From Alphaproteobacteria bacterium (GTDB lineage Bacteria > Pseudomonadota > Alphaproteobacteria > SHVV01): a stretch of 64,000 nucleotides of DNA. The notes beneath the pieces were generated by a model. That model saw only the letters and a program-made list of their open reading frames with translations. It was not told where the DNA came from and made no database searches. Each line of letters opens with the position of its first letter. Positions within the stretch are counted from its first letter, which is position 1. The stretch is taken from assembly GCA_965261735.1 (NCBI GenBank), contig OZ253470.1:2784001-2848000 (forward strand), in the 5' to 3' direction. Made by a program: the position numbers and the translations under genes. Below are positions 63,873-64,000 of this stretch, one piece after another.

Positions 63873-63936
63873 GCGCGCCGGGCGATATGCTCGTGCCGGG
63901 CGTTATGCTATAGGCGCTGTTCTCGGGGGAGTGGCC

Positions 63937-64000
63937 ATGGCCAGCGACGATCGGGCGATCGCCCGAGCCCTTGTTTCGGTGTCCGATAAGACCGGCCTCG
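63937..64000 (+). CDS. purH: Start of bifunctional AICAR transformylase/IMP cyclohydrolase (partial)
   Basis: MASDDRAIARALVSVSDKTGL. Confidence 0.85.
   Translation, partial: MASDDRAIARALVSVSDKTGL

Overview
GC-rich window from an alphaproteobacterium, probably Rhodospirillales-like. The assignment rests on the hemC-hemD-COG4223-hemY / tsaD-gpsA-yciI-EVE block, the rsmB-rpe-heparinase-purH block and a GAAC-N7-GAAC LexA box. A housekeeping backbone (egtBD, msrB, yqgE, hem genes, tsaD, gpsA, acs, rsmB, rpe, purH start) is broken by a heavily IS-damaged zone at about 9.5-26 kb: two IS256, an IS1380/IS1595/IS3 composite, a second IS1595 and an ISKra4, plus several pseudogenes. The main feature is an apparently intact ~10.6 kb element integrated at tRNA-Thr(CGT), bounded by a perfect 50-bp att repeat (26287-26336 / 36871-36920). 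It encodes an integrase, excisionase-like and O-like replication proteins with iterons, and a head module (TerL, HNH, HK97-type capsid, double-domain prohead protease, head completion proteins, portal). No tail, lysis, primase or small terminase gene is recognisable, so it looks like a capsid-forming phage satellite with unusual gene order. Second highlight: an IS1595 transporter element nested in an IS630 carries a two-gene cargo (small acidic protein plus Clp-fold serine protease). All product calls come from motif recognition by eye; no database searches were run.
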